This document shows, one piece after another, positions 27,430 to 37,611 of a stretch of 64,000 nt of DNA. The notes beneath the pieces are model-generated. The model was not told the DNA's origin. It searched no databases and worked only from the letters and a program-made list of their open reading frames with translations. The translations under genes and the position numbers were made by a program. How positions within the stretch are numbered: the first letter of the stretch is position 1; the number at the start of each line of letters is the position of its first letter. This stretch comes from an uncultured Acidobacteriota bacterium (GTDB lineage: Bacteria; Acidobacteriota; Terriglobia; Acidiferrales; UBA7541), in assembly GCA_963833595.1 (NCBI GenBank), contig CAWHYM010000028.1, forward strand, positions 3,938 through 67,937. Direction: 5' to 3'.

Positions 27430-28314
27430 TCAGTCCGCCGCGGAGGCTTGACGCAGGTAGCGCATCGGGTTGACCGGCGCGCCATTGATGCGAACTTCGT
27501 AGTGTACGTGAGGACCGGTGGATCGCCCGCTGACGCCGACATTGCCGATCGTGTCGCCGCGCCTCACTTGCTGCCCTGCGAGTACATTGAAGCTCGAAAG
27601 ATGGCCGTAATAGGTGCTCACTCCAAAGCCATGATCGACGACGACCAGCCTTCCGTAGCCCGCGCGTTCGTCGGCCTCGATGACAATGCCGTCGGCTGAA
27701 ACTCGCACCGAATCCCCGTATTGGGAGGAGATATCCACGCCCGTGTGGAAGGCGCCTTCACCGCTGAACGGGTCCATGCGCTCGCCGAAGGTGCCCGTCA
27801 GATGGCCTATTACCGGCCACAGAGACGGCGTGGCAGTCAGGTCAGCCATGCTCGCCGAGGAGAGCAGTTGAAGATTGCCCGCCGGATGAGCCGCCTCTCC
27901 GACGTTGTGTTCCAGGAAATTGAATTGCGCCACGGATTGCTCAAACCCGCTGTCTGATGCCAGTGCAGCTTCGCTCACGCCGAACGGGCTCTGCCGAAAG
28001 CGCATGAAACCGTACGTCATGGCCACTTCGGTGGCCAGCGATTGCAGGGAGTTCATCCGTTCGTTGGTGTCTTTGACGCTGGATTGGAGCTTCTCGTAAT
28101 TGTGCTTGAGGGTGTCCTGCTGGCGGCGAAGCGCATTGTAATTGCCCACTTTCCAGAGCATCCGCGTGTACGAACCGGCCGCCGCGAGCACCGTCACGCC
28201 GCCCACGACTGCCAGAATGGCAACCAAATGCAGCACATAGCCGGGAAGCGTGATCTTGCGGAAGCTTCCCTTCCGGTTGGATGCCACAAAAAATGTATAT
28301 GCTTCAGGCTTCAT
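27430..28314 (-). CDS. M23 family peptidoglycan metalloendopeptidase
   Basis: 294-aa ORF with an N-terminal TM helix. Motifs HTGVDIS, VVDHGFGVSTYYGHLS and SGRSTGPHVHYEVRINGAPVNP. Confidence 0.9.
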   Translation of the reverse strand: MKPEAYTFFVASNRKGSFRKITLPGYVLHLVAILAVVGGVTVLAAAGSYTRMLWKVGNYNALRRQQDTLKHNYEKLQSSVKDTNERMNSLQSLATEVAMTYGFMRFRQSPFGVSEAALASDSGFEQSVAQFNFLEHNVGEAAHPAGNLQLLSSASMADLTATPSLWPVIGHLTGTFGERMDPFSGEGAFHTGVDISSQYGDSVRVSADGIVIEADERAGYGRLVVVDHGFGVSTYYGHLSSFNVLAGQQVRRGDTIGNVGVSGRSTGPHVHYEVRINGAPVNPMRYLRQASAAD

Positions 28315-28515
28315 AGTCTGAAATCTCTAAAGCAAAACCCGCATTACTTTCGAGGGAGCCGGCGCCGTTCGTCCCCTGAGCGGCCCATGCAATTTATTAA
28401 GCCGTTTGAACCGGAAGCTTTGACTCGCAACCAAAACCGCTCCGAGTCTAGTTTCAGACTCGGATAGAGTCAATCTCTATTTCCCGGTCCGGGACGTTCG
28501 AAACTTTGTTTCGGT

Positions 28516-28561
28516 GGGCTCCCCTTCGAAACTCAGGATAAACAAGCAGAGCCCGCGCCCG
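28516..28561. repeat. possible variant of the GAGCCCGC(A/G)CCCG hairpin motif with enlarged loop
   Basis: GGGCTC (28516-28521) and GAGCCCGCGCCCG (28549-28561) are separated by a 27-nt loop. Confidence 0.35.
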
Positions 28562-28635
28562 TAGCGCGATCGGCAACCATACCCTAGAATGTCTCCTATG
28601 GAACCACACAAAAGTGGTTTTGGACAACTGTACTG

Positions 28636-29619
28636 ATGGTCAGGGAAGATGAACTGATCGAACGGGTACGCCGGCGGTTCCCTTCTGTGGGGGACGGCCT
28701 GCGAGTCGGTATCGGCGATGATGCCGCGGTCTTGCGCCCAGGCGCCGGGACGGAATGGGTCGTCACGACGGACGCGTTTTTCGAAAACGTGCACTTTCTC
28801 CGAAAAGCTCACTCGCCGAAGGCCGTCGGCTACAAGGCGCTCGCTCGCGCCACGAGTGACATCGCCGCCATGGGAGCGCGAGGGCGATACTTCTTCTTGA
28901 CCGTGGGGCTTCCGGACGCCTGCACAGGGACATGGTTCGACCATTTCCTCGACGGGATGGCGCGCGCGGCCCGGCAGTTCGGCTTGATCCTGGCCGGAGG
29001 CGATACGACGAAGTACCCGTTGGTTGTGGCCAGCCTCACCGTTGTGGGCGAAATCGATCGAGGCAAGGCAATTCTGCGGTCTGGCGCAAGGCCGGGAGAT
29101 TTGCTGTGCGTCAGCGGTAGACTGGGAGAGGCTGAGCTAGGTTTGGGGCTGATCCAGCGGAAATTGCACAAGCAGAAGCGCTGGACCAAGCTCATGAAGA
29201 AGCATTTTTACCCGGAACCGCGGCTGGCGTTGGGAGAGTGGATTACCGCCCATCGATGCGCCACGTCAATGATTGACATCTCGGACGGCCTTTCGACGGA
29301 CCTGGGGCACATTTGCAAGGCAAGCGGCGTGGGCGCCATCGTGTGGGCGCCGAAAATCCCGGTGGTGAAAATCCCGCCAGAATTGCAACGGCTCGGTCTC
29401 GACCCGCTAAATCTGGCGCTCAACGGCGGCGAGGACTATGAGCTGCTATTTACCGTGCCAAAGAAATTTTCTAGTCGCTTGCCTCGTAAAGTCAAGGGCG
29501 TCTCCGTGACAGTCATCGGTGAAATCACGCGCGAGAAAAAGGTCATTCTCCTCGGGCAAGATGGAATCAGCACGTCCCTTCAACCAAAAGGCTGGGATCC
29601 CTTCCGCAAAAAGGGCTGA
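28636..29619 (+). CDS. thiL: thiamine-monophosphate kinase
   Basis: 327-aa ORF: EDELIERVRRRF...GIGDDAAVL...VVTTDAFFENVHF, then a PurM-like C-terminus. Confidence 0.88.
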   Translation: MVREDELIERVRRRFPSVGDGLRVGIGDDAAVLRPGAGTEWVVTTDAFFENVHFLRKAHSPKAVGYKALARATSDIAAMGARGRYFFLTVGLPDACTGTWFDHFLDGMARAARQFGLILAGGDTTKYPLVVASLTVVGEIDRGKAILRSGARPGDLLCVSGRLGEAELGLGLIQRKLHKQKRWTKLMKKHFYPEPRLALGEWITAHRCATSMIDISDGLSTDLGHICKASGVGAIVWAPKIPVVKIPPELQRLGLDPLNLALNGGEDYELLFTVPKKFSSRLPRKVKGVSVTVIGEITREKKVILLGQDGISTSLQPKGWDPFRKKG

Positions 29620-29651
29620 AGAAAACTCAACAGGACTCTCCTCGAAATCCC

Positions 29652-31418
29652 TTACGGCAGCGGCGGCGCGTCCGCCGAGTAGCCATGCGGGTAAAAGTGA
29701 ATGGCCACGACGTGCTCGGTAAATCGCGAGCCGAGCCAAACCGTGTTGTTGGCCTCGATCTCCACTTTTGGCACGCCCGCAAGCGGCCACACCTGCGGCA
29801 GCGGATAGTATGTGAACTTCTTCGTGTTCGGCTCGAAATAGACGAGCGAATTGTTGAAGTCGTCGCTGGCCCAAATATTGTCGAGCTTGTCGGGCCACGT
29901 CTCATACGGACGAGAGCGGATAGGGAGCTTGTACTCGGTGATCTTTCCGGTTTCGGGATCGATGCGGCCAAGCTGGCCTCCGGCCCACTCGGAAAACCAA
30001 ACGATGCCTTTGGAGTCCACGCCAATGCGCCGCACGCTGCTGCCCGGCGTAGGCGACGGGTACTCGGTATAGCTCTCGGTAACAGGATCGAATTTCACGA
30101 CCACGCTCTTGGCATAACCCGCCGACCAGATATTTCCTTTGGGATCGACGGCCATCCCGTAGAGCCCGAGGTCCGGCGTGGGCGTCGGAAATTGCGAGAT
30201 TTGCCGCGTCTGCGCGTCGAGCTTGCCGAGGCCCTCGCCGTGTACATCGTCGTACCAGATGTTGTCCTTTTGATCGGTGACTACTTGCAGAAGCGAGCCG
30301 ACCGTGGGCAGCGCGTGGCGCGTCATTTTTCCCGTGGCGGGATCGAGTTCGCCCACCATCCCGCCAAAAATTTCCGCCCAGTAGACATGGCCTTTGCTGT
30401 CCAGCGTGATTCCGTGCGCGAAGACAAACCCGGGTGCATCCGAAGGCAAAGGAAAATATTTCCAGCGCTCGTCAGGATCCGTGTTTCGCGGATCGAGATG
30501 GACCATGGCGTTGGTGGGAGGATCGGCGTACCAGATCGTGCCGTCCTTGGCGATAAAGGGATCGTGCAAGTACGGCTTCGGATCGGGATTCTTGCTCCGG
30601 TTCTCCGCGAGGCGCGCTTCGCGCGCCTCTGAACTGATGGTCACGCCGGCGCTGTCGGCTTGTTTTTCAGCTTGTTTGATGGAAGGCGCCGGAGGCAAAT
30701 TCCTCAGATCGTATTCCACATAGATCGCTTTCGAGAGGGCGTCTTCGTCCACCGGGTAAGCATCGTGCTTCAGCCGCTGATTGGGAGAATTCGGGCCAAA
30801 GTTGGCCGCGAGATACTGGACCATGGCGTCTTGGTCCGCTTTCGTTATGACCGTGTGCGACATGGGAGGCACGACGCCGCCCAAATTAAATGGGCCATTC
30901 ATCATTTTTCGCAGTCCCATGCGAAAGCCAGCCTCGGTGAGATGCATCGCGTTGTAGGAATCCGGACCGTGGCACCCAATACAATTTTTCTTCAATAAGT
31001 CGAGCCCCGGCCCTGGCGGATACATTTCCTCGAAGGTTTTGTAGACGACGTCGCTAGGTTTTTCGGTCTGCTTCTTGAGCGCGATGTTCACCGTCTGCGA
31101 CTCGCCGGGAGCGAGGTCTGCCTTCTGGACCGGCGAGTCGTAGCCATCCTGCAGAACGCTGATTTCGTAGGGACCAGGCAACGCTTGAGGGACGGAATAT
31201 TTTCCGTCCTTGGTGAACACCACGTACCAGATCATGCTGTGCAGATTGTGCGCCGTCACGCGGAAGCCGCGCACCTGGCCTTGATCCGCCGTAACAGTTC
31301 CCGTGATCGTTCCGCGCACAGGCGCTTGCGCCGAAACGAATCCCGGTGACAGCAAGACAATTAGAGAAGCAAATAAGATAGCGCCCAAACATTCCTGGCA
31401 TTTTTTCCGGGTGGTCAT
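29652..31418 (-). CDS. secreted multidomain protein: carboxypeptidase-regulatory-like Ig domain + c-type haem motif + beta-propeller repeats
   Basis: Signal peptide after MTTRKK. GTITGTVTADQG...YEISVLQDGY, haem motif CIGCHG, then repeated G.IW...P..G.I..Y.LP segments resembling Vgb-lyase-type propellers. Confidence 0.7.
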   Translation of the reverse strand: MTTRKKCQECLGAILFASLIVLLSPGFVSAQAPVRGTITGTVTADQGQVRGFRVTAHNLHSMIWYVVFTKDGKYSVPQALPGPYEISVLQDGYDSPVQKADLAPGESQTVNIALKKQTEKPSDVVYKTFEEMYPPGPGLDLLKKNCIGCHGPDSYNAMHLTEAGFRMGLRKMMNGPFNLGGVVPPMSHTVITKADQDAMVQYLAANFGPNSPNQRLKHDAYPVDEDALSKAIYVEYDLRNLPPAPSIKQAEKQADSAGVTISSEAREARLAENRSKNPDPKPYLHDPFIAKDGTIWYADPPTNAMVHLDPRNTDPDERWKYFPLPSDAPGFVFAHGITLDSKGHVYWAEIFGGMVGELDPATGKMTRHALPTVGSLLQVVTDQKDNIWYDDVHGEGLGKLDAQTRQISQFPTPTPDLGLYGMAVDPKGNIWSAGYAKSVVVKFDPVTESYTEYPSPTPGSSVRRIGVDSKGIVWFSEWAGGQLGRIDPETGKITEYKLPIRSRPYETWPDKLDNIWASDDFNNSLVYFEPNTKKFTYYPLPQVWPLAGVPKVEIEANNTVWLGSRFTEHVVAIHFYPHGYSADAPPLP

Positions 31419-31543
31419 CTGCAATCCTTCCATCGCTGCTGTTCGACTCGCAACGAAAGCGGCATCGAAATAAGAGTGCTTCGGTTTCCGTATCCTACTG
31501 CGCGAGTCGAGGGGAGTCCACTTCGGCGAAGACTCACTTCACC

Positions 31544-33904
31544 CTATCCGCGAGGACTGGGCGCTGCGGGAGGATTTTGCGGCGGAGGGATAGCTTTGGC
31601 GGGAGCTTCGCCCGGCGGCCTGCTCTCGGGGACTGTTGGAGTATTTCCCCGAGTCGCATCAGGCGTGATCGGGCCCTCGCCGGCTTCAGTGGGTGCGGTG
31701 TCCGGCGTGTCCACTTTTACATTTTTCGTCAGCGCTACTTTTTCCAGAGGCACAACATTTTGGAATGCCTGCACGGGCTTGCCGTCCAGCGCCCCTTGCA
31801 TGAATTCGAGCCAGATCGGCAGTGCAGCGATTGCGCCGGTTTCGGGCTTCCCCAGCGACACCGATTTATCGTCGTAGCCGACCCAGACACCGGCGGTTAT
31901 TTCCGGAGTGAAGCCGATGAACCAGGCGTCGGTAAAATCGTTGGTCGTGCCGGTCTTGCCGCCGGCGGGACGGCCCAGCGCGCGCGCGGGTGTTCCGGTG
32001 CCGCGCTCGACGACATCTTGGAGCATCGCCGTCATCGTGCGCGCCACGTCGGGCTCAATCACGTCGTGAACGAGGGGATGCGCTTGTTCGAGGAGCGCTC
32101 CATCGTAAGTGGTCACGCGGCGAATCATGTGCGGATCGATGCGGATGCCGTCATCGGGAAACACGGTGAACGCCGAAGTGTGTTCGAGCAAATTCAGATC
32201 CGCCGCGCCCAGCGTGATGGGCAAATACGGCGGCAAGGGACTGGTGATGCCGAAGCGCCGGGCCATGTCAATCACGCTGTTCATTCCGACTTTTTCGGCG
32301 AGCTTCACGGCGGGAACGTTGCGCGAGCCATCGAGCGCGCGGCGCAGCGTGATCACGCCTTCGAATTTCTCATCGTAATTGTGTGGCGAGTACGGCTGGC
32401 CGCCGCTCATCGTGGTGAAAGGAGCGTCGAGAATCGTGTCAAAGGGAGTAAAGCCCTGCTCGACGGCGGCCGAATAAACGTAGATTTTAAACGAAGACCC
32501 AACCTGCCGCTGCGCCTGCGTCGCCCGGTTGAATTTCGATTCATCGAAGCTGTAACCGCCAACCATGGCCTTGATTTCACCGGTCGGATTGTCGATCGCC
32601 ACGATGGCGGCTTGCGGGCCGACATTCTGCTCCAGTTGGACGTGCGCGACAGTTCCACTGATCTCCTTGATGCTAACTTCTGCAAGATCGCCGGGTTTTA
32701 ACAGGTCGGCGGGAGACTTGCGCCCGGTCCAGGCAAAATCCGGCTGCGTGAGCAACGCGCGAAGCGAGCCAATTTTGATCGTCGCCGCTTTTTGGTCCAC
32801 AGCCGTCACGAGGGCTTGGACGTAGTCGCCTTTGTTGATCGGCCAGCGCCAGTCGTCGTCCTCGTACGTATCCAGCGTGTCGGACTTGTCCACGAGGATG
32901 TTGTCAAGCTTGCCTCGCCAGCCGTGCCGGCGGTCGTAGGCATGGAGGCCGTCGCGAACGGCGCGGTTGGCGGCCTGCTGCATCGCGACGTTGAGCGTCG
33001 TGTACACGCGCAGTCCGCGCTGGTGTACCATTTCCGTACCATAGGTGCTTTCGAGATATTTGCGGATCTCCTCGACAAAATACGGCGCCAGTGTATTTCG
33101 CGGCGCCTGGAGATGCAGCCCCAGCGGCTGCGCGACGGCCTGCCGCGACTGCGTTGCCGTGATTTTGCCCGCGTGCGCCATCAGTTCCAGCACCAGATTG
33201 CGCCGCGCGAGCGCGCGATTCGGATGAAGGATCGGCGAATAACTCGGACCCCGGATCAATCCCGCCAGCAAAGCCGCTTCCTGCACGTTCAGCTTGCCCA
33301 CCGTTTTGCCAAAATAATATTCCGAAGCTGCTTCAAATCCGTAGTTTCCGTGGGAAAGATAAATCTGGTTGCAATACATCGTAAAAATCTGCTGCTTCGA
33401 GTAGTGCCGCTCAATTTGAAGAGCCAGGAGCGCTTCTTGAATTTTGCGGCCCATCCTGCGATCGGAGCGGTCCAGAAAAAGCGTTCCGGCAAGTTGCATC
33501 GTGATCGTGCTCGCGCCTTCCACGACGCGATGCGCGAGAATATCCTTCCAGGCCGCGCCGGCCACGCGCGTGAAATCCACGCCCCAATGCTCCTCGAAGT
33601 GCTGATCCTCGGTGGTCAGAATCGCATCCTTCAGGACCGGCGGGTATTGCTCGTAAGTGAGAAGAACGCGGCGCTGCAAAGCGAAGTTGCCGACCACCTG
33701 GCCGTCGTCCGCGTAAAGTTCGGTAACAACGTCGGGCTGAAAATCCTCGAGCGCGCGAATCTGCGGGAGATCGCTCGAATAAACGAACAGCAGGCCTGCC
33801 AGGCCGCCGACGGCGATCGAGGCCAGCAGCAGCAGTGAAAAGGCGACACGCCCGACAACCTTGCGGCCACGCAAACGGAGCGTGATCGGCGGCAGATCTA
33901 CCAT
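31544..33904 (-). CDS. class A penicillin-binding protein (PBP1A family transglycosylase/transpeptidase)
   Basis: 786-aa ORF. GT51 motifs (TTEDQHFEEHWG, GASTITMQLA, RKIQE) and transpeptidase motifs (SSFK, SRN, KTGTT). Pro-rich C-terminal tail. Confidence 0.93.
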   Translation of the reverse strand: MVDLPPITLRLRGRKVVGRVAFSLLLLASIAVGGLAGLLFVYSSDLPQIRALEDFQPDVVTELYADDGQVVGNFALQRRVLLTYEQYPPVLKDAILTTEDQHFEEHWGVDFTRVAGAAWKDILAHRVVEGASTITMQLAGTLFLDRSDRRMGRKIQEALLALQIERHYSKQQIFTMYCNQIYLSHGNYGFEAASEYYFGKTVGKLNVQEAALLAGLIRGPSYSPILHPNRALARRNLVLELMAHAGKITATQSRQAVAQPLGLHLQAPRNTLAPYFVEEIRKYLESTYGTEMVHQRGLRVYTTLNVAMQQAANRAVRDGLHAYDRRHGWRGKLDNILVDKSDTLDTYEDDDWRWPINKGDYVQALVTAVDQKAATIKIGSLRALLTQPDFAWTGRKSPADLLKPGDLAEVSIKEISGTVAHVQLEQNVGPQAAIVAIDNPTGEIKAMVGGYSFDESKFNRATQAQRQVGSSFKIYVYSAAVEQGFTPFDTILDAPFTTMSGGQPYSPHNYDEKFEGVITLRRALDGSRNVPAVKLAEKVGMNSVIDMARRFGITSPLPPYLPITLGAADLNLLEHTSAFTVFPDDGIRIDPHMIRRVTTYDGALLEQAHPLVHDVIEPDVARTMTAMLQDVVERGTGTPARALGRPAGGKTGTTNDFTDAWFIGFTPEITAGVWVGYDDKSVSLGKPETGAIAALPIWLEFMQGALDGKPVQAFQNVVPLEKVALTKNVKVDTPDTAPTEAGEGPITPDATRGNTPTVPESRPPGEAPAKAIPPPQNPPAAPSPRG

Positions 33905-33947
33905 GGGAGTTTCATTCTAACGCAAACCGGAGAAGCGAACGCGCGGA

Positions 33948-34454
33948 TCAGGAAGATACTTTGTCCTGCCTTTTCTTGATGAGAAATGCTCCGATGGTGA
34001 CGGCCAGAGCCAGAACGAGCAGGCTGCTGTCGCGAATCAACGTGGCCGTGCCCAGCTTCTCATTGTTGCCGAAACAGCCGCAATTGATTTCGAGGCCGAG
34101 GATTTTGGCGCGCGTCATGGCTCCGATGAAAACGAGGAGGAGTCCGCTGGTGATCGAGCCGATCCAGCGCACGGCCACGCCTGCAATCAGCAGCGCGCCC
34201 AGAGCCAGTTCAAACCACGGCAGAATTTGCGCCATCAACTGCACCGCGGAAATGGGCAGCATTTTGTAGGAATCGATCGCCATGGCGAAGAAAAATTGGT
34301 AATCGCGCAAGTGCCATTCGCCCTCGAAGTGAAGCTTCGCGTAGGCGGCGTACAGAAATATCAAGCCGAGCGCGACGCGCCCCATCACGAGCAGCGCTCC
34401 GGGCCATGCAGCCGTGCGCGGCGAAGTCTCCGACGGAATCGCAGTGGTGGCCAT
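33948..34454 (-). CDS. MauE/DoxX family membrane protein
   Basis: 168-aa ORF with four hydrophobic helices and a CGCFG motif typical of MauE-like proteins. Sits next to a thioredoxin-fold gene. Confidence 0.7.
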   Translation of the reverse strand: MATTAIPSETSPRTAAWPGALLVMGRVALGLIFLYAAYAKLHFEGEWHLRDYQFFFAMAIDSYKMLPISAVQLMAQILPWFELALGALLIAGVAVRWIGSITSGLLLVFIGAMTRAKILGLEINCGCFGNNEKLGTATLIRDSSLLVLALAVTIGAFLIKKRQDKVSS

Positions 34455-34456
34455 GA

Positions 34457-35164
34457 TTATTGGCGCAGCAAGTAGTCAAAATAACTTTTCAGCAGCTTGT
34501 AGTCCACCCCGCCGCCGGGAAGAGCTTCGGTCTTGCCGTGCGCCGTTATATACACCGTGGGCGTCTGGTTCACATTGCGTTGCATTCCCAACGCACGGTC
34601 GCGCTCGATGGAGGCGTTGATCTCGCTGATGTGCTGCGATTCATAGGTCTGAAATTTCTTGAATTGCGCTGGAGGAAAATAGGTAGCCATGACCTCGTCA
34701 ATATTGCCTTTGGTGGACCATTCATCCTGATGATCGTACAAGGCTCGCTCGATGGCTTCGAATTGCCCGAATTCCGCCGCGGCATTCGCAAGCCGCGCGG
34801 CCTGGCGAGCATAGGGATGCATTTCCAGCGGGAAATCGCGATGGATGAGATAGACCTTGCCAGGGATCACGTAATCGTCAATCACTTGCTTCACCGTGGT
34901 TTCAAAAAAGCCGCGGCACGCCGGGCACTGGAAATCGCCAAAGACTTCCATAGTGATCGGCGCGTTCGGATTTCCAATCGCTTTTACAAAGGCCGGGGGC
35001 GCAGCTGGCGTGGCGGTCTTCGCGCTCGAAGGTGTGGGCGCTTTCGTCTGCTGCCTCGCGAAAGCCGCCGACGCTACAACGCACAGCGCGACTAAGGTCA
35101 AAAATCCAATCTGGCGGAAGGGAAGCGATTTCACTCGACGATCTCCTTGGGATTTTATGAGCAC
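34457..35164 (-). CDS. DsbA-family thiol:disulfide oxidoreductase (exported)
   Basis: 235-aa ORF with a signal/TM segment and active site FQCPAC in a thioredoxin-like context. Confidence 0.85.
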   Translation of the reverse strand: MLIKSQGDRRVKSLPFRQIGFLTLVALCVVASAAFARQQTKAPTPSSAKTATPAAPPAFVKAIGNPNAPITMEVFGDFQCPACRGFFETTVKQVIDDYVIPGKVYLIHRDFPLEMHPYARQAARLANAAAEFGQFEAIERALYDHQDEWSTKGNIDEVMATYFPPAQFKKFQTYESQHISEINASIERDRALGMQRNVNQTPTVYITAHGKTEALPGGGVDYKLLKSYFDYLLRQ

Positions 35165-35424
35165 CGCATTCTAACCCCAAAACGGGTCCTTCTGCACTCA
35201 TAGACGTGTGGAAGAAAGCCATGGTTATCCGCCGGGCGCTGATATCTTAGCCTTTCCGTGCCGATCATTGGCAGTCCGCTCCCCAGAAAGGGTCAGAGCA
35301 AACGAACCCAGTCGTGTCTAGTAATTCAGATGGGTCCATGGATTGCAGGAACTGAAAAGCTAACAAGGATCAAAATATGTCGATAAATAGCTGTAAATAA
35401 GCAGGATATAAGACAGTCAAAATA

Positions 35425-35476
35425 CTTGACAACAACGCACTCAATATATAAAATGCATGCGTCTAATGCACTCATG
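35425..35476 (+). promoter_or_regulatory. dnaK promoter (TTGACA-N17-TAAAAT) with two HAIR-like 7-N7-7 inverted repeats (putative HspR operators)
   Basis: -35 at 35426-35431 and -10 at 35449-35454. Repeats are CTTGACA-N7-ACTCAAT (35425-35445) and CATGCGT-N7-ACTCATG (35456-35476), versus the HAIR consensus CTTGAGT-N7-ACTCAAG. hspR sits at the operon end. Confidence 0.5.
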
Positions 35477-35517
35477 CCGGATATTGCCGGGCGAGCTATG
35501 GAGGAGGGGAATCAGTT

Positions 35518-37461
35518 ATGAGCAAAATTATTGGAATTGACCTGGGGACGACCAACTCGGTGGTTTCCGTGATGCAGGGCGGAGAGCCGGTGGTGGTCCC
35601 AAACCAGGAAGGCGGGCGAACGACCCCTTCGGTCGTTGCCATTACCAAGACCGGCGAGCGGCTGGTCGGCCAGGTGGCCAAGCGCCAGGCGGTGACCAAT
35701 CCGGAAAACACGGTTTATTCGATCAAGCGGTTCATGGGCCACAGGTTTGATGAAGTGACAGACGAGACGAAGCGCGTGCCCTACAAAGTTGCGAAAGGGC
35801 CGCATGACGATGCGCGCGTCGACATTTTCGGCAAGGCCTATACCCCGCCGGAACTGTCCGCGATGATTTTGCAAAAGCTGAAGACCGCCGCTGAGGATTT
35901 CCTCGGTGAAAAGGTGTCCAAGGCGGTCATCACGGTCCCAGCGTATTTCAACGACAGCCAGCGGCAGGCGACCAAGCAAGCGGGCGAAGTGGCGGGCCTG
36001 GAAGTGCTCCGCATCATCAACGAGCCTACCGCCGCGGCTCTGGCTTACGGCCTCGACAAAAAGAAGGACGAAACGATCGCGGTCTACGATCTTGGCGGCG
36101 GCACGTTCGACATTTCCATCCTGGAAGTGGGCGAAGGCGTGGTCGAAGTGAAGGCGACTGCCGGCGACACGCATCTGGGCGGCGATGACGTCGACAATCG
36201 CATTGTCGATTGGCTGATTGCGGAATTCAAAAAGGATCAGGGCATCGACGTCAGCAAGGATCGCATGGCGGTGCAGCGGCTGAAGGAAGCCGCGGAAAAA
36301 GCCAAGATCGAGTTGTCCCAGATGCAGGAGACGGACATCAATCTGCCCTTCTTGACGGCCGATGCGTCCGGGCCGAAGCACCTGCAATTGAAACTGACGC
36401 GCGCGAAGCTCGAACAGTTGATGGAAGACATCCTGCAGCGAACGATTGGGCCGACCAAGCAGGCTCTTTCGGATGCAGGCGTCACGCCGGACAAGATCGA
36501 CGAAGTGGTGCTGGTGGGCGGCTCGACGCGCATCCCGCGGGTGCTGCAGATCGTCAAGGATCTGTTTGGCGGCAAGGAACCGCACAAGGGCGTCAATCCG
36601 GACGAAGTCGTCGCGGTCGGCGCGGCGATTCAAGGCGGCGTGCTCGGCGGCGAGGTAAAGGACATCCTGCTGCTCGACGTAACTCCGCTGTCGCTGGGCG
36701 TTGAAACGCTGGGCGGCGTGATGACCGTGCTGATCACGCGGAACACGACGATTCCGACGCGCAAGTCGGAAGTGTTTTCGACCGCGGCGGACAACCAGCC
36801 GTCGGTTGAAATTCACGTGCTGCAGGGCGAACGCAAGATGGCGCCCGACAATCGCACGCTCGGCAAATTCCATCTGATGGGAATTCCGCCGGCGCCGCGG
36901 GGATTGCCGCAAGTCGAGGTCACCTTCGACATCGACGCCAACGGCATCCTGAATGTCTCCGCGAAAGATCGCGCGACGAACAAGGAGCAGAAGATCACGA
37001 TTACCGCCTCGACCGGTCTCAGCAAGGAAGAGGCCGAGAAGATGCGGTCCGACGCCGAGTCTCACGCCGAAGAGGACAAGAAGAAGCTCGCGGAAATCGA
37101 GGCGCGAAATATTCTCGACAACCGCGTGTATCAGGTCGAGAAGCTGATCGCCGACAACCGCGACAAGCTCTCCGAATCCGACACGAAGCCGGTGGAAGAG
37201 GCTGTTGCGGCGGCGAAGTCCGCGCTTGCCGGAGGCATCCTCGAGCAGATTCAGTCGGCGACGCAGCAACTCGACAGCGCCTCGCACAAGCTCGCCGAGG
37301 TGCTTTACAAGACCGCGCAGGCCACCGGAGCGCAAGCGGGCGCCGGGGGTTCCGCGGACGCAGGGCCGGGCGCTCCGAAGAGCGGATCGGGCTCCGCCCC
37401 TGAAGGCGAAGTGATCGACGCCGAGTACGTGGACGTCGATGAAACGAAGAAGCCGAATTAA
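35518..37461 (+). CDS. dnaK: molecular chaperone DnaK (Hsp70)
   Basis: 647-aa ORF: [43 protein letters not shown]. Confidence 0.99.
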   Translation: MSKIIGIDLGTTNSVVSVMQGGEPVVVPNQEGGRTTPSVVAITKTGERLVGQVAKRQAVTNPENTVYSIKRFMGHRFDEVTDETKRVPYKVAKGPHDDARVDIFGKAYTPPELSAMILQKLKTAAEDFLGEKVSKAVITVPAYFNDSQRQATKQAGEVAGLEVLRIINEPTAAALAYGLDKKKDETIAVYDLGGGTFDISILEVGEGVVEVKATAGDTHLGGDDVDNRIVDWLIAEFKKDQGIDVSKDRMAVQRLKEAAEKAKIELSQMQETDINLPFLTADASGPKHLQLKLTRAKLEQLMEDILQRTIGPTKQALSDAGVTPDKIDEVVLVGGSTRIPRVLQIVKDLFGGKEPHKGVNPDEVVAVGAAIQGGVLGGEVKDILLLDVTPLSLGVETLGGVMTVLITRNTTIPTRKSEVFSTAADNQPSVEIHVLQGERKMAPDNRTLGKFHLMGIPPAPRGLPQVEVTFDIDANGILNVSAKDRATNKEQKITITASTGLSKEEAEKMRSDAESHAEEDKKKLAEIEARNILDNRVYQVEKLIADNRDKLSESDTKPVEEAVAAAKSALAGGILEQIQSATQQLDSASHKLAEVLYKTAQATGAQAGAGGSADAGPGAPKSGSGSAPEGEVIDAEYVDVDETKKPN

Positions 37462-37467
37462 ACGGAG

Positions 37468-37508
37468 CGTGCTGCGCGGAGGCGGACATTGCTCCTCCGC
37501 GCGGCACG
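37468..37508 (+). terminator. strong GC hairpin after dnaK (possible attenuator; weak U-tract)
   Basis: CGTGCTGCGCGGAGG-loop-CCTCCGCGCGGCACG with one mismatch, followed by GTGTTCTCTC. Confidence 0.35.
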
Positions 37509-37611
37509 TGTTCTCTCAGCCAATTTACAGGAGCCAGCGTTGACGACGTACGAAGGTATCAAGCGGACTGGGCCGCCGCACGCCATCCAAAAGTTGCGGG
37601 AAGATTTGTTC

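Noticed and set aside
28315-28635. TPP riboswitch upstream of thiL
   Set aside because: I could not find the conserved TPP aptamer core (CUGAGA ... ACCUGAUCUGGAUAAUGCCAGCG-like). The region instead holds a simple hairpin (28441-28464) and a repeat-motif variant.
35400-35517. CIRCE (HrcA) operator upstream of dnaK
   Set aside because: GCACTC occurs twice but only as a direct repeat. There is no TTAGCACTC-N9-GAGTGCTAA inverted repeat. The HspR-type geometry fits better.
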